A stretch of 64,000 nucleotides of DNA, from assembly GCA_019414385.1 (NCBI GenBank), contig DXMD01000003.1, forward strand, positions 24,629 through 88,628, given 5' to 3'. The DNA is from Collinsella sp. GTDB lineage: Bacteria > Actinomycetota > Coriobacteriia > Coriobacteriales > Coriobacteriaceae. How positions within the stretch are numbered: position 1 is the first letter of the stretch; each line of letters starts with the position of its first letter. Below the pieces are notes generated by a model. The model saw nothing but the letters and a program-made list of their open reading frames with translations, did not search any database and was not told the DNA's origin. Below, piece by piece: positions 37,647 to 47,560 of the stretch. A program made the position numbers and the translations under genes.

Positions 37647-38942
37647 ATGAGCAAGACAATAGTTAGGCCCACGCTTTCGCTGGGCAACCGCATCTATCTG
37701 TATCGCCTGCTGCGCGATGCGATTGGATGCGGCAAGCAAACGTTTATGACGCAGGTCGAGGAGGCGCTCGCCACCGGCGACATGGCCGCTTATGACCTAG
37801 GCTTTGAGTCCACGCGCGAGCTGCTCGAGGAGCTCGACGACTGCATTAAGCTGACCGTCTTTAAGGGCGGTCGCCTGTATGCCACCGTCATCGCCAACGA
37901 GGCCTGGGATACCGCCCTTGCCAAAGGCGAGGACAAGCCCAAGGCTGCCAAGGGTGCCAAGCAGTCCTACAAAAAGAAAAAGCGCGGCGAGAAAGACCTC
38001 AAGGCTGTACGCCCCAAGCACGTTAAGCGTCCCGAGCCCGTGGCCGAAGTCGCTCCGGAGCCCGAGCCCGAGACAGAGATCGAAGTCGCTATTGAGGTAG
38101 CAGCAGAAGCCGAAACCGAAATCGCCGCCATGACCGATCCCGAAGTCATGTCAGAGCAGGAAGCCGCTGTGGAGCTCAACGAGGCCCCCAAGTCGACAAC
38201 CGAAGAAGCCGCTAACCAACCCGAGACGTCTGCGTTCCAAAACAGCGATGTCTTTGGCAACGAGGCCGAGGACGATCAGTCCGACGAGCCCGCCGATCAA
38301 GGCGCTACCGAGTCGGCGCCGGAGCCCGAGACGCCGCAGCCCGCCATCTCGCTCACGGTTGTCTATGACCCCGAGAACGCCAACGCCGGCATCACCACCA
38401 TGGCCTCCACGCCCATTGAGGCAAAGCTGCCTGTCGAGGCAGAGGACTCCCCGCAAGCCGATGCCAAAACCGAGACTGAAGACACATCCGTCTCCGTGGA
38501 ACCGACAGATTCCGCAGTTAAGCCGGAACCGGTGCCTGAGTCTGCACCCGTCATCGAGTCCGCATCCGAACCTGTCTATGACCAGATTCCCGCACCGGCT
38601 CCGGTCCCCGCTGCAGCACCGGCCCCCGCACCCGCAACGCCCGCCATCCCCGAGGACTTCCCCGTCGATTTCGCAACCGAGGTCTTCTGCCCCGGCCCGC
38701 TTCTGCACCAGCTGTCGACCTATCTCCCCTACGGCGCCGATACCCTCGGCATTGTCGGCGAGTACTACTGGATCGCCCGCGAGCGCGGTACCATCGAGGC
38801 CGCGCGAAACCGCGCAAGCTTCCCCCTGCACTACACGCAGGCCGGCGAGCGCCGCGAAGTCACCGTGCGCATCCGCCGCAACACCACCGGAGGCCTCGGA
38901 GCCACCTGGACCGTCGACAAGGTTGAAGAATCCAACGAATAG
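37647..38942 (+). CDS. Hypothetical protein: two globular ends joined by an acidic Pro/Glu-rich linker
   Basis: GAGGAG RBS; host-like codon use; terminator downstream. Confidence 0.75.
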   Translation: MSKTIVRPTLSLGNRIYLYRLLRDAIGCGKQTFMTQVEEALATGDMAAYDLGFESTRELLEELDDCIKLTVFKGGRLYATVIANEAWDTALAKGEDKPKAAKGAKQSYKKKKRGEKDLKAVRPKHVKRPEPVAEVAPEPEPETEIEVAIEVAAEAETEIAAMTDPEVMSEQEAAVELNEAPKSTTEEAANQPETSAFQNSDVFGNEAEDDQSDEPADQGATESAPEPETPQPAISLTVVYDPENANAGITTMASTPIEAKLPVEAEDSPQADAKTETEDTSVSVEPTDSAVKPEPVPESAPVIESASEPVYDQIPAPAPVPAAAPAPAPATPAIPEDFPVDFATEVFCPGPLLHQLSTYLPYGADTLGIVGEYYWIARERGTIEAARNRASFPLHYTQAGERREVTVRIRRNTTGGLGATWTVDKVEESNE

Positions 38943-38943
38943 C

Positions 38944-38985
38944 AAAATGCGGCGAACGTCACAAAAACGTTCGCCGCATTTTTTT
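38944..38985 (+). terminator. Intrinsic terminator
   Basis: AAAATGCGGCGAACGT/ACGTTCGCCGCATTTT with T tract. Confidence 0.85.
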
Positions 38986-39011
38986 ATTTTCCCAGGTTGA
39001 GCATAAGTTCG

Positions 39012-39040
39012 TGTGACAAAGGGGCTGTCCCTTTGCCACA
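39012..39040. repeat. Short palindrome with CTGTCCC core after the ettA stop
   Basis: TGTGACAAAGGG-gctgt-CCCTTTGCCACA. Confidence 0.55.
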
Positions 39041-39045
39041 TCAAA

Positions 39046-40725
39046 CTAGTCCCTGGTAAGTTTCCTGTGGATACGATGCGGCTGGGCTGCGTCCTCGCCC
39101 AGGCGCTCGATACGGTTGGCCTGATAGGCCTCAAAGTTGCCCTCGAACCAATACCAGTTGCCCGGATTCTCGTCGGTGCCCTCCCACGCCAGAATGTGCG
39201 TGGCGACGCGGTCCAGGAACATACGGTCGTGGCTGATGACCACCGAGCAGCCCGGGAACTCGAGCAGCGCCGCTTCAAGCGAGGACAGCGTCTCGACGTC
39301 GAGGTCGTTCGTGGGCTCGTCGAGGAGCAGCAGGTTGCCGCCCTGCTTGAGCGTAAGCGCCAAGTTCAGACGGTTGCGCTCGCCACCGGAGAGTACGCCA
39401 GCGCGCTTCTGCTGGTCCTGGCCCTTAAAGCCAAAGCTCGCCACATAAGCGCGGCTCGGAACCTCGGTCTCGCCGACCATCATGTGGTCCAGGCCATCCG
39501 AGACGACCTCCCACAGGTTCTTGTCGGGGTCGATGCCGGAACGGTTCTGGTCGACGTAAGAAATCTTGACGGTCTCGCCCACCTCGAGCTCGCCCGAAGT
39601 CAGCGGCTCCAGGCCCACAATCGTCTTGAACAGCGTGGTCTTACCGACACCGTTGGGGCCGATAACGCCCACAATGCCGTTGCGCGGCAGGGTGAACGAA
39701 AGGTCATCGATGAGCACGCGGCCATCGAACTCCTTGTGCAGGTGATGGGCCTCGAGCACCTTGTTGCCCAGACGCGGGCCCACAGGGATGCGGATGTCGG
39801 TCCAGTCGAGCTTCTGGCTTGCGCGGGCCTCGGCCTCCATCTCCTCGTAGCGAGCCAGACGGGCCTTGTTCTTGGCCTGGCGAGCCTTGGGCGAGCTGCG
39901 TACCCACTCGAGCTCGGCCTCCATGCGCTTGGCGAGCTTGGCGTCACGGTTGCCCTGGGCCTCGATACGCGCGGCCTTGGTCTCCAGATACGTGGAGTAA
40001 TTGCCCTTGTAGGGATAAAGGTGACCGCGGTCGACCTCGCAGATCCACTCGGCAACGTTATCCAGGAAGTAGCGATCGTGTGTGACGGCAAGCACCGCGC
40101 CCTGGTAGTTGTGCAGGAAGTGCTCGAGCCACAGGATCGACTCGGCGTCCAGGTGGTTCGTGGGCTCGTCGAGCAGCAGCAGGTCGGGAGCCTCGAGCAG
40201 CAGCTTGCACAGGGCCACGCGACGGCGCTCGCCGCCAGAGAGCACGTTGACCGGCATGTCGGAATCGGGCAGCTGCAGGGCGTCCATGGCCTGGCCGAGC
40301 TTGGAATCGATATCCCAGCCGTCGGCGGCATCGATCTCGTCCTGGAGCTTGCCCATCTCGGCCATAAGGGCGTCCATGTCGCAATCCGGGTCGCACATCT
40401 CCTCGCCGATCTTATTGAAGCGATCGACCTTGGCGATCATATCGCCAAACGCCATGCGCACGTTCTCGATGACAGTCTTGTCGTCGTCGAGCGGCGGCTC
40501 CTGCTGCAGGATACCCACGGTGTAGCCGGGGGTGAGCCTGGCATCGCCGTTGGAGACCTCCTCAATGCCGGCCATGATCTTGAGCAGGGTCGACTTGCCC
40601 ATGCCGTTGGGACCCACGACGCCGATCTTGGCACCGGGGTAGAAGCTCAGGGTCACGTCGTCAAGGATTACCTTGTCGCCATGGGCCTTGCGAGCCTGAT
40701 ACATCTGGTAGATAAACTCCGCCAT
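39046..40725 (-). CDS. ettA: Energy-dependent translational throttle ABC-F protein
   Basis: LSFYPGAKIGVVGPNG, two ABC domains, ELEWVRSSPKARQAK, no TM segments. Confidence 0.95.
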   Translation of the reverse strand: MAEFIYQMYQARKAHGDKVILDDVTLSFYPGAKIGVVGPNGMGKSTLLKIMAGIEEVSNGDARLTPGYTVGILQQEPPLDDDKTVIENVRMAFGDMIAKVDRFNKIGEEMCDPDCDMDALMAEMGKLQDEIDAADGWDIDSKLGQAMDALQLPDSDMPVNVLSGGERRRVALCKLLLEAPDLLLLDEPTNHLDAESILWLEHFLHNYQGAVLAVTHDRYFLDNVAEWICEVDRGHLYPYKGNYSTYLETKAARIEAQGNRDAKLAKRMEAELEWVRSSPKARQAKNKARLARYEEMEAEARASQKLDWTDIRIPVGPRLGNKVLEAHHLHKEFDGRVLIDDLSFTLPRNGIVGVIGPNGVGKTTLFKTIVGLEPLTSGELEVGETVKISYVDQNRSGIDPDKNLWEVVSDGLDHMMVGETEVPSRAYVASFGFKGQDQQKRAGVLSGGERNRLNLALTLKQGGNLLLLDEPTNDLDVETLSSLEAALLEFPGCSVVISHDRMFLDRVATHILAWEGTDENPGNWYWFEGNFEAYQANRIERLGEDAAQPHRIHRKLTRD

Positions 40726-40909
40726 TTGCCTGTTTTATCCTTTCTACCTGCTGTTTCCCTATTCTTGATTCGCTTTAGTGGAAACGAAATGAGAAAACCA
40801 GCTCTGAAACTTAACGAAAAAGGGGCATGGTTGCCCACACCCCCTAATACTACCTGGGAAAAGTCCCCCGGAACATACTATGAACTGCGTACGCTAGTTT
40901 TCCGCAACC

Positions 40910-41614
40910 TTAGCGAACGGCTCGCTGCGATTTACGCCACAGCAGATACGAATAGGCGTAGGCAGCTCCGGCCGAACCAAACGCCAGAGCCGCAATCACC
41001 GCGGCGACGACTTCACTCGAAAGCACGCTGCCCGCCACGCCCATCACAATCAGGCCAACACCCAGCACCATAAAGCAGGCACCGCCAAAACGCTGCGTAC
41101 GGCGCCAGTTCTCGGGATCGGCAAGCGCCCAGGGCGTCTTGATACCGAGCGTGTAGTTCTGCTTTACGCGCGGTAAGTAGTTGCCCATACCAATAAAGAG
41201 CAAGCCGATAGCGCCTGATACCAGCAAATTGACCGTTCCTACCACCGGCACGATGCCCCACACCGTTAGCTCCCCCAGCCAGCTTATGGCACACATGAGC
41301 AGCGTGAAGGCGATTACGAAGCCCTGATAGAACTTACCCGAGGTCCGATACGCCTCGCCCTTGGGGTCAATGCGTGGCACGACGTAGAACATCGCGAGAA
41401 GTGCCAGAGGCAACACGCCGAGCGCGGAGGCCATCCAGCTAGGACCCCAACCGTCGACAGCGCCGTTCGCGCCCCAGTGCGTGGGAATCTGCGCAGGCAA
41501 GCTCGGCATCACCATGAGGTGCGCTACGACATTGGCGACGCACAGAGCGACCAGCGCAATCCACACGCGCGACGATACCCCTGTGGGGTGAATGCCCTTG
41601 TTTTCGTTATTCAT
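40910..41614 (-). CDS. SdpI-family membrane protein (DUF1648)
   Basis: LPAQIPTHWGANG, PRIDPK, GNYLPRVKQNYTLGIKTPW. Confidence 0.88.
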   Translation of the reverse strand: MNNENKGIHPTGVSSRVWIALVALCVANVVAHLMVMPSLPAQIPTHWGANGAVDGWGPSWMASALGVLPLALLAMFYVVPRIDPKGEAYRTSGKFYQGFVIAFTLLMCAISWLGELTVWGIVPVVGTVNLLVSGAIGLLFIGMGNYLPRVKQNYTLGIKTPWALADPENWRRTQRFGGACFMVLGVGLIVMGVAGSVLSSEVVAAVIAALAFGSAGAAYAYSYLLWRKSQRAVR

Positions 41615-41885
41615 CCTTATCACCTTCATTGTTTGTAAAACCCATAAACCAGCCAATTAAATCCTGCATGACGGTGGTGTTTAAGCTGTATACGATGTTT
41701 TGGCCATGGCGCTCGTCGGTCACCAACCCGGCGTTTTTAAGCGTCGCCAAGTGATGGCTCAGCGACGGCTTACTGATATCGAAATGCTTGGCAAGCTCCC
41801 CCGCCGTGCAATTGCCCTCGCGCAGCAGTTCCAAAATGCGCCGCCGCGTAGGATCGGCCAGCGCCTTAAAACCCTCTCCCGGCAT
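41607..41885 (-). CDS. ArsR/SdpR-family repressor
   Basis: FKALADPTRRRILELL...SKPSLSHHL...YSLNTTV; overlaps the sdpI-like start. Confidence 0.9.
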   Translation of the reverse strand: MPGEGFKALADPTRRRILELLREGNCTAGELAKHFDISKPSLSHHLATLKNAGLVTDERHGQNIVYSLNTTVMQDLIGWFMGFTNNEGDKDE

Positions 41886-41930
41886 AAGACCTCCTCTCAG
41901 CACCCCTCATGACGCGCACACTATACTCGA

Positions 41931-41952
41931 TATTTAGATGTTTGTCTAACTA
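41931..41952. promoter_or_regulatory. Probable SdpR-type operator
   Basis: TATTTAGA-N6-TCTAACTA imperfect inverted repeat upstream of the repressor. Confidence 0.5.
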
Positions 41953-42064
41953 TCTAATCGAAATGCTTCAAACCACATCAAAGTAAGCGCCATCGCAACC
42001 TATGGGCGATTACCTATAATGGCGATAGCCAAAACACGATTTGCTTCCCCATCGGAGGATGTCT

Positions 42065-42862
42065 ATGACCGAAACCACAGCCGCAATTCCCAACGAGACA
42101 CGCGACACCAAGCTCGAGATCATCATGGGCCGCGAGGCACTCGACAAGCTCGCCAACGCCACGGTGCTGATACTCGGCTGTGGAGGCGTGGGCTCCAACT
42201 GCTGCGAGGCACTTGCCCGCGGCGGCATCGGTCATTTTGTGATTCTGGACAAGGATATCGTCGCGCCCAGCAATATCAATCGACAGGTCATCGCCTTTCA
42301 TAGCACCATCGGCAAGCGCAAGGTGGACGTGATGGAAGCCATGATCAACGACATCAATCCCGCTGCCACCGTTATCAAGCGCACCGAATACCTGCTGAGC
42401 GACAACATCGATGATTTCTTCGCGAGCGTTTTGGGGCAGACGGGTGGCAAGCTCGACTACGTCGTCGACGCCATCGACACCATCTCGGCCAAGCTCACCA
42501 TTGCCAAATATGCTCAGGACCACGACATCCGTTTGGTCAGTTCCATGGGCGGGGCCAACAAGCTCCATCCCGAGTGCCTCCGCTTTGCCGACATCTTCGA
42601 TACGGTACGTGACCCCATGAGCCGCATTATGCGCAAAGAATGTAAGAAGCGCGGAATCAAGAGCCTGCACGTGCTGTTTAGCTGCGAGGAATCGGTTAAA
42701 ACCCAACCCCGCGACCCTTCCAACATCCACGAGCGCACCGAGCTGGGAACTGCCAGTTTTATGCCGCCCATCATGGGTCAGATGATTGCCGGCGAGGTTA
42801 TCCGCCAGATCAGCGGGCGCGGGTGCGAGCGCGTGCGCGCCGATGGCCAGCGCTTGGACTAG
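42065..42862 (+). CDS. tcdA: tRNA threonylcarbamoyladenosine dehydratase (ThiF family)
   Basis: LGCGGVGS, SNINRQ, VDAID, SSMGGANKL, SFMPP. Confidence 0.85.
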   Translation: MTETTAAIPNETRDTKLEIIMGREALDKLANATVLILGCGGVGSNCCEALARGGIGHFVILDKDIVAPSNINRQVIAFHSTIGKRKVDVMEAMINDINPAATVIKRTEYLLSDNIDDFFASVLGQTGGKLDYVVDAIDTISAKLTIAKYAQDHDIRLVSSMGGANKLHPECLRFADIFDTVRDPMSRIMRKECKKRGIKSLHVLFSCEESVKTQPRDPSNIHERTELGTASFMPPIMGQMIAGEVIRQISGRGCERVRADGQRLD

Positions 42863-42876
42863 CAGGATGCCCTGCG

Positions 42877-43659
42877 ATGGAACCGCGATTCTTTGACACG
42901 CATTGTCATCTTGATTTGATGCTCAGCCCCGATGCTGCAGCCAGCGAGTCGGCGGCGTTGGGTCTGGGGCTCTTTGACTGCGGGGTCGACCCACGCGACT
43001 TTTCGGCCGCAAACGAGCGCGCCCGTCGCCTACCAGGCATCATCGCTGGCGTTGGGCTCCACCCCTGGTGGCTCGCCGACGGCCGCTGCGGTCCTGCCGA
43101 AGTCGATCTGCTTTGCGAAGTTGCTGCCCAAGAGCGCTACATCGGCGAGGTGGGACTCGACTTTTCCGCACGCTTTGCCGGAAGTGAGCCGCTACAAATA
43201 CAGGCATTTGACCGGCTCTGCGATACACTCGTGCAGCATCCTCTTACCGGGCGCGTGATATCAATTCACGCCGTTCGTTCGGCAGGAGCCGTACTGGACG
43301 TCCTCGAATCGCATGGACTACTCATCCCAAACCCCGACTCCCCCGTTATCATCTTCCACTGGTTTAGCGGCACTTCGGACGAACTCGTCCGCGCGCGTGA
43401 TGCGGACTGTTATTTTTCCGTCAACGAACGCATGCTCGCGTCTAAACGAGGACGCGAATACGCACGACAGATTCCACTCGATCGTTTACTGCTCGAGACC
43501 GATGCACCAGCGGAGGCAAACACAGAAACAAGCGCGCAGTCGCTCATCAAATCGCTCACAAGGACCTCAGAACGCATCGCCTCGCTCAAAAATTGTGACG
43601 CAAAGCGCATCGAGTCGGCAGTTTTAACAAATGCGCACTCTGTTTTTGACCTTCGCTAG
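42877..43659 (+). CDS. TatD-family hydrolase
   Basis: DTHCHLD, GLHPW, IGEVGLD, SIH, FHWFSG, LLETDAP. Confidence 0.9.
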   Translation: MEPRFFDTHCHLDLMLSPDAAASESAALGLGLFDCGVDPRDFSAANERARRLPGIIAGVGLHPWWLADGRCGPAEVDLLCEVAAQERYIGEVGLDFSARFAGSEPLQIQAFDRLCDTLVQHPLTGRVISIHAVRSAGAVLDVLESHGLLIPNPDSPVIIFHWFSGTSDELVRARDADCYFSVNERMLASKRGREYARQIPLDRLLLETDAPAEANTETSAQSLIKSLTRTSERIASLKNCDAKRIESAVLTNAHSVFDLR

Positions 43660-43666
43660 CCCCGGA

Positions 43667-43892
43667 GGACAAAAAATGCCAAATATGAGTACTGTTGCAA
43701 ATCCAGTCACATTATTTTACGGCAAAATAGTGCCTTGATAATGTACAGCTATCCATTATCAAGGCACTTTAAGGTGGTTAAAGTCATTTTTAGCAGGTTT
43801 TAATCGCTCGCAGACACCCAACTAGGCCCTCAAAAGCTAAATTTCGCTGTTACTAAATTAGTGACAGTACTCATATTTAGCATTTTTTGTCC
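43667..43892. mobile_element. 226-bp MITE-like element with 29-bp terminal inverted repeats
   Basis: GGACAAAAAATGCCAAATATGAGTACTGT (43667-43695) vs 43864-43892 (28/29 match); AT-rich interior with a 15-bp perfect IR. Confidence 0.55.
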
Positions 43893-43938
43893 ATGGAGTC
43901 CCGGGGAGGCGACAATTCGACTCCCCGGGACTGCTCGC

Positions 43939-44802
43939 CTATTCGGAAATCGGCGCCCCATGGCCCCAAGAGCCTTCCATGCCGCATACGGTCGAAGCAA
44001 ACCCCGCCGCAAAGTCGAGTGCACGCTCGATGGCCTCGACGCCATCCTCGCCACGCTTGGCGGAATCGAGATAGCACATCAAGAACGAAGTCAGAAACGA
44101 GTCACCCGCACCCATAGTGTCCTTCATTTCCGTTACCGGTTTAGCCAGTTGGCGGTAATAACGATCGCCATCATAGGCAATGCAGCCCTCAGCGCCAGCC
44201 GTTGCCGATACAAAACGCGGACCTAGGCTCTTCACCCATGCCAGACGCTCGCGAATCTCATCCTCGCTCGCGGCGTCTGCCGCGCTAAAGAATGCGAAGT
44301 CAACGTAGGGAGCAATCTGCTCGTAGTACTCGTCGGTCGAATCGTCCGAGAAGTCAAACGAAACCGTGATGCCCGCGGCCTTCAACTTGGGAAGTTCGCG
44401 CTCGGTAAAGCAATAGTTGCCCGAGTGGACTACGTCGAACTGCTTCATGTACGCAAGGTCAAAGCGATCGAGCACATAGCGAGCATCACCACGGATGCCA
44501 CCCTCATTGGAGCCAAGGAAAACACGGTCGCCGTTAACGACGGTCACGCGCGCAGCACCATTCTCACCGATGAGCTGCTTGCATTTGGCTAGTTCAACGT
44601 CCTCATCTTCAAGACTCGCAATCACGTGCTCGGCAGCAGCGTCATTACCAAAGATGCCCATATACGCGGAGCGCGCGGCTCCGCATTTCTTGGCATACAC
44701 GGCAAAGTTCACCGCATTGCCACCCGGATACATCGTGCGAATATGCTCGTAGCGGTCGACGACGTTGTCGCCAAACCCCAGTGCGCTCACGTTAAATGCC
44801 AT
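43939..44802 (-). CDS. frlD: PfkB-family kinase, fructoselysine 6-kinase-like
   Basis: GDNVVDRY...YPGGNAVNFAV, SFDFSD, DTMGAGDSF. Confidence 0.75.
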   Translation of the reverse strand: MAFNVSALGFGDNVVDRYEHIRTMYPGGNAVNFAVYAKKCGAARSAYMGIFGNDAAAEHVIASLEDEDVELAKCKQLIGENGAARVTVVNGDRVFLGSNEGGIRGDARYVLDRFDLAYMKQFDVVHSGNYCFTERELPKLKAAGITVSFDFSDDSTDEYYEQIAPYVDFAFFSAADAASEDEIRERLAWVKSLGPRFVSATAGAEGCIAYDGDRYYRQLAKPVTEMKDTMGAGDSFLTSFLMCYLDSAKRGEDGVEAIERALDFAAGFASTVCGMEGSWGHGAPISE

Positions 44803-44861
44803 AGCGCGCCCCTCTCTTATGCCAACGGAACCACTGTTGTGACAGCAGTACCGCCCAGGAT

Positions 44862-45521
44862 CTACGCGAGTTCCAGTAGCTCCGGCAGCTGGTCGATAAT
44901 CTTGTCCGCGGCATCCTGGCTAAAGCCAAAGCGCTCCTCGCGCTTGGCAATGACCGTCAGGCCGGCTCGCTTACCCGCGGTAATGCCCGGAACGGAATCC
45001 TCAACGCAGCAGCAGCGATTCGCGGGCAGCCCCAGCAGGTCCAGCGCATGCAGGTAGATGTCGGGCTCGGGCTTGCTCTCCTTAAACTGCTCGCCGCTCA
45101 CCACATACTCAAAGGCATCCGACAGCCCGCACGCATTGAGCACTTCCTCGATGCTATCCATGGGAGACGAGCTGGCAAGCGCCACGCGAACGCCCCGGCG
45201 CGGCAGCTCTCGAATCGTATCCACGGCGCCTGGGTTAATCAAAGTCTGATAGTCGCGCGGACGCTCATGCGCCCACTCATCCCAACGGGCCAACGCTTCC
45301 TCGCCAGTAAAATGCCCCTTACCGGCGCGCTCAAACCAATCGACCAGCATATGCAGGAAGAACTGATGCGAGGTACCAACCTGCCCATTCAACTCCTCTT
45401 GAGTCAGGTTAAGCCCAAGCTCCTTGGCAAACGCGGCAGTCTCGCCCAGGTAGTAATACTCGGTATCGACAATGACGCCGTCCATGTCAAAGATAACGGC
45501 GTCGAACGGAAATGCGGACAC
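44862..45521 (-). CDS. HAD-family phosphatase (beta-PGM-like subfamily)
   Basis: IFDMDGVIVDTE, ASSS, KPEPDIY, VEDS. Confidence 0.88.
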   Translation of the reverse strand: MSAFPFDAVIFDMDGVIVDTEYYYLGETAAFAKELGLNLTQEELNGQVGTSHQFFLHMLVDWFERAGKGHFTGEEALARWDEWAHERPRDYQTLINPGAVDTIRELPRRGVRVALASSSPMDSIEEVLNACGLSDAFEYVVSGEQFKESKPEPDIYLHALDLLGLPANRCCCVEDSVPGITAGKRAGLTVIAKREERFGFSQDAADKIIDQLPELLELA

Positions 45522-45584
45522 GGCACCCTCCCTAACAAAAGGGCGCCTGTAAGCAGGCGCCCGAACCATGCATTATCGGCGATT

Positions 45585-46427
45585 CTAACCCAGCAGCTTA
45601 TCCAACGCCACCGCAATACCGTCTTCGTTGTTATTGGCGGTCACCATCTGGGCTACCGCCTTAACCTCATCGACGGCGTTGCCCATGGCAACACCGGTGC
45701 CGGCCCACTCAATCATGGACTTGTCGTTCTGGCCGTCGCCAAACGAGACGACCTCGCTGGCATCGATACCGAGCTTGGGCAGGGCACCCTCGAGCGCGCG
45801 GGCCTTGTCGATACCGGGCGCCGTGTATTCAAAGTACCAGTCGGCCGTAAACATGCCCGAAAGCGTCTGGGTAAAGGGCGCATACATCTCCTCGTAATGC
45901 GCCTGTAGGTAGGCCGGGTCGCCTGCCGTCAGCAGCTTGTCCACGGGATAAGCGTCCACAACCTCATGCAAGCTCTCGACCTCGCGGATCTTAAGGTCAC
46001 ACGCATCGCGCTCGTATTTGACGATGTTTTTCTGCGAACCGTCCGGCAGTGTGATCATGCAGCGATACGAGTCCTCGACATGCAGATCGCGACCGAGCGA
46101 AATCATAGGGATCACGTCAAAATTACGCAGGTGATCAATCAAGCGATGCAATTCGTCGGCAGGCATAGCCTGATCGAACAGTACCTCGTCGGTCTGGGCA
46201 TCGAAGACGTGAGCGCCGTTAAAGGCCACCAGCAAACCATCATGGTTCTGAAGGTCGAGCTCCTGGGCCAAGGCGTGAAGACCCCATACGGGACGGCCCG
46301 ATGCCAAGATGAGCTTAATGCCCGACTCCTGCGCCGCGAGCAGCTTCTCGCGCGTACGCGGGCTAATCACTTTCTGATCGTTGGTGAGCGTACCGTCGAT
46401 ATCCATCGCGATGGCTTTGATTGCCAT
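45585..46427 (-). CDS. Cof-type HAD-IIB hydrolase
   Basis: MDIDGTL, ASGRP, FNGA, DKA, FGDGQND, AMGNA. Confidence 0.9.
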   Translation of the reverse strand: MAIKAIAMDIDGTLTNDQKVISPRTREKLLAAQESGIKLILASGRPVWGLHALAQELDLQNHDGLLVAFNGAHVFDAQTDEVLFDQAMPADELHRLIDHLRNFDVIPMISLGRDLHVEDSYRCMITLPDGSQKNIVKYERDACDLKIREVESLHEVVDAYPVDKLLTAGDPAYLQAHYEEMYAPFTQTLSGMFTADWYFEYTAPGIDKARALEGALPKLGIDASEVVSFGDGQNDKSMIEWAGTGVAMGNAVDEVKAVAQMVTANNNEDGIAVALDKLLG

Positions 46428-46576
46428 ATATGCCTCCCTGTCATTGAACAACCTTGTCTGAGCCATCATACAGAACACCCATCGCGACTCCGTTTACAAC
46501 GGGCAAAAAGTCATATTGTCTCGAACATGAACAGCGTGTGGTCGTGAAGCTTTATCGCTCAGGTCAAATACGTCTG

Positions 46577-47251
46577 CTAGCGACGCTCATCCGTCGGTGC
46601 GCCCTCGACGATCGCGATGCCCGCCGATGCACCTAACGCGCTGGCGCCGGCCTCGATGAATGCGCAGGCCTCTTCGTAATTATGGATACCGCCCGCCGCC
46701 TTGATTGCCACGGCATCGCCGAGCACCTCGTGCATCAGCCGCACGTCCTCGAGCTTAGCACCGCCAAAGCTTCTGCCGGTCGATGTCTTAAGGAATCCCG
46801 GCTTGGCCTCCAGCGCGATCTCGCATACACGGCGCTTGGCGGCGTCGTCGCCGTCCAGCTTGCACATCTCGACGATTACCTTGTCAGTGATGCCATGCGC
46901 GCGACAAAAATCAGCAATGGTAGTCATCTCGCGCTCGATGGCATCAAAATCGCGGTTCTCGATCGACCTCTGATTCAAAACGTAGTCAATCTCGGTAAAG
47001 CCACACGCAGCGTATTCCTCAAACCTCGCAAGCTTCTCCTCAAGCGCCATAGTGCCCTGGGGAAAGTCGATAGCGCCGGCAAGGATGATGTCAGAGTCCT
47101 CGAGCATGGCGCGGCCCGTCTCGTACTCCTGCAGGTTCGCAAATACGCAGCGAAAGTTGTACTTTAACGCCTTCTCGACATATTGCTCAAACGTGTCCTC
47201 GGGGGCATCGATATAGTCGATGTATTTGTTGATGGGTTTGGCAAGCGTCAT
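46577..47251 (-). CDS. deoC: Deoxyribose-phosphate aldolase-like class I aldolase
   Basis: IDFPQG, EIDYV, KVIVE, FLKTSTG (Schiff-base Lys), IKAAGGI, GAS; divergent N-terminus. Confidence 0.7.
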   Translation of the reverse strand: MTLAKPINKYIDYIDAPEDTFEQYVEKALKYNFRCVFANLQEYETGRAMLEDSDIILAGAIDFPQGTMALEEKLARFEEYAACGFTEIDYVLNQRSIENRDFDAIEREMTTIADFCRAHGITDKVIVEMCKLDGDDAAKRRVCEIALEAKPGFLKTSTGRSFGGAKLEDVRLMHEVLGDAVAIKAAGGIHNYEEACAFIEAGASALGASAGIAIVEGAPTDERR

Positions 47252-47371
47252 GCTGGGCCTCCTTGTTCAGGACTGACAACCGATTCGTGGTTTCACGCGA
47301 AAAACCACGTTCAATGTACGCCCGGCATGCAAGGACAGCGTCCGCATTCCGACAAGTGGTATGAAATTAGT

Positions 47372-47389
47372 TGTAAACGTATATTTACA
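47372..47389. promoter_or_regulatory. Inverted repeat, candidate operator of the deoC-like operon
   Basis: TGTAAA-cgtata-TTTACA; a second IR GTGGTTT/AAACCAC lies at 47288-47309. Confidence 0.4.
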
Positions 47390-47468
47390 GACAGCGAATG
47401 GCACCGCACGCGGATGCCGACAGCAAGACATCCCCCCTCAATACACCCTCATGCCCATTTAAATAGCA

Positions 47469-47560
47469 AGGGGCCCGTATCTGTTGGGATACGGGCCCCT
47501 TTCGGCCGTGACCTATCTCAGCAACAAAGACTACTTGCGGTGAGCGCGGTAGAACTCGAT
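47469..47560 (-). repeat. Displaced copy of the pgi 3' end plus terminator (att-like left junction)
   Basis: 47529-47560 matches 51037-51068 at 30/32 nt and encodes [13 protein letters not shown]; hairpin 47469-47500 resembles 50975-51006. Confidence 0.9.
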
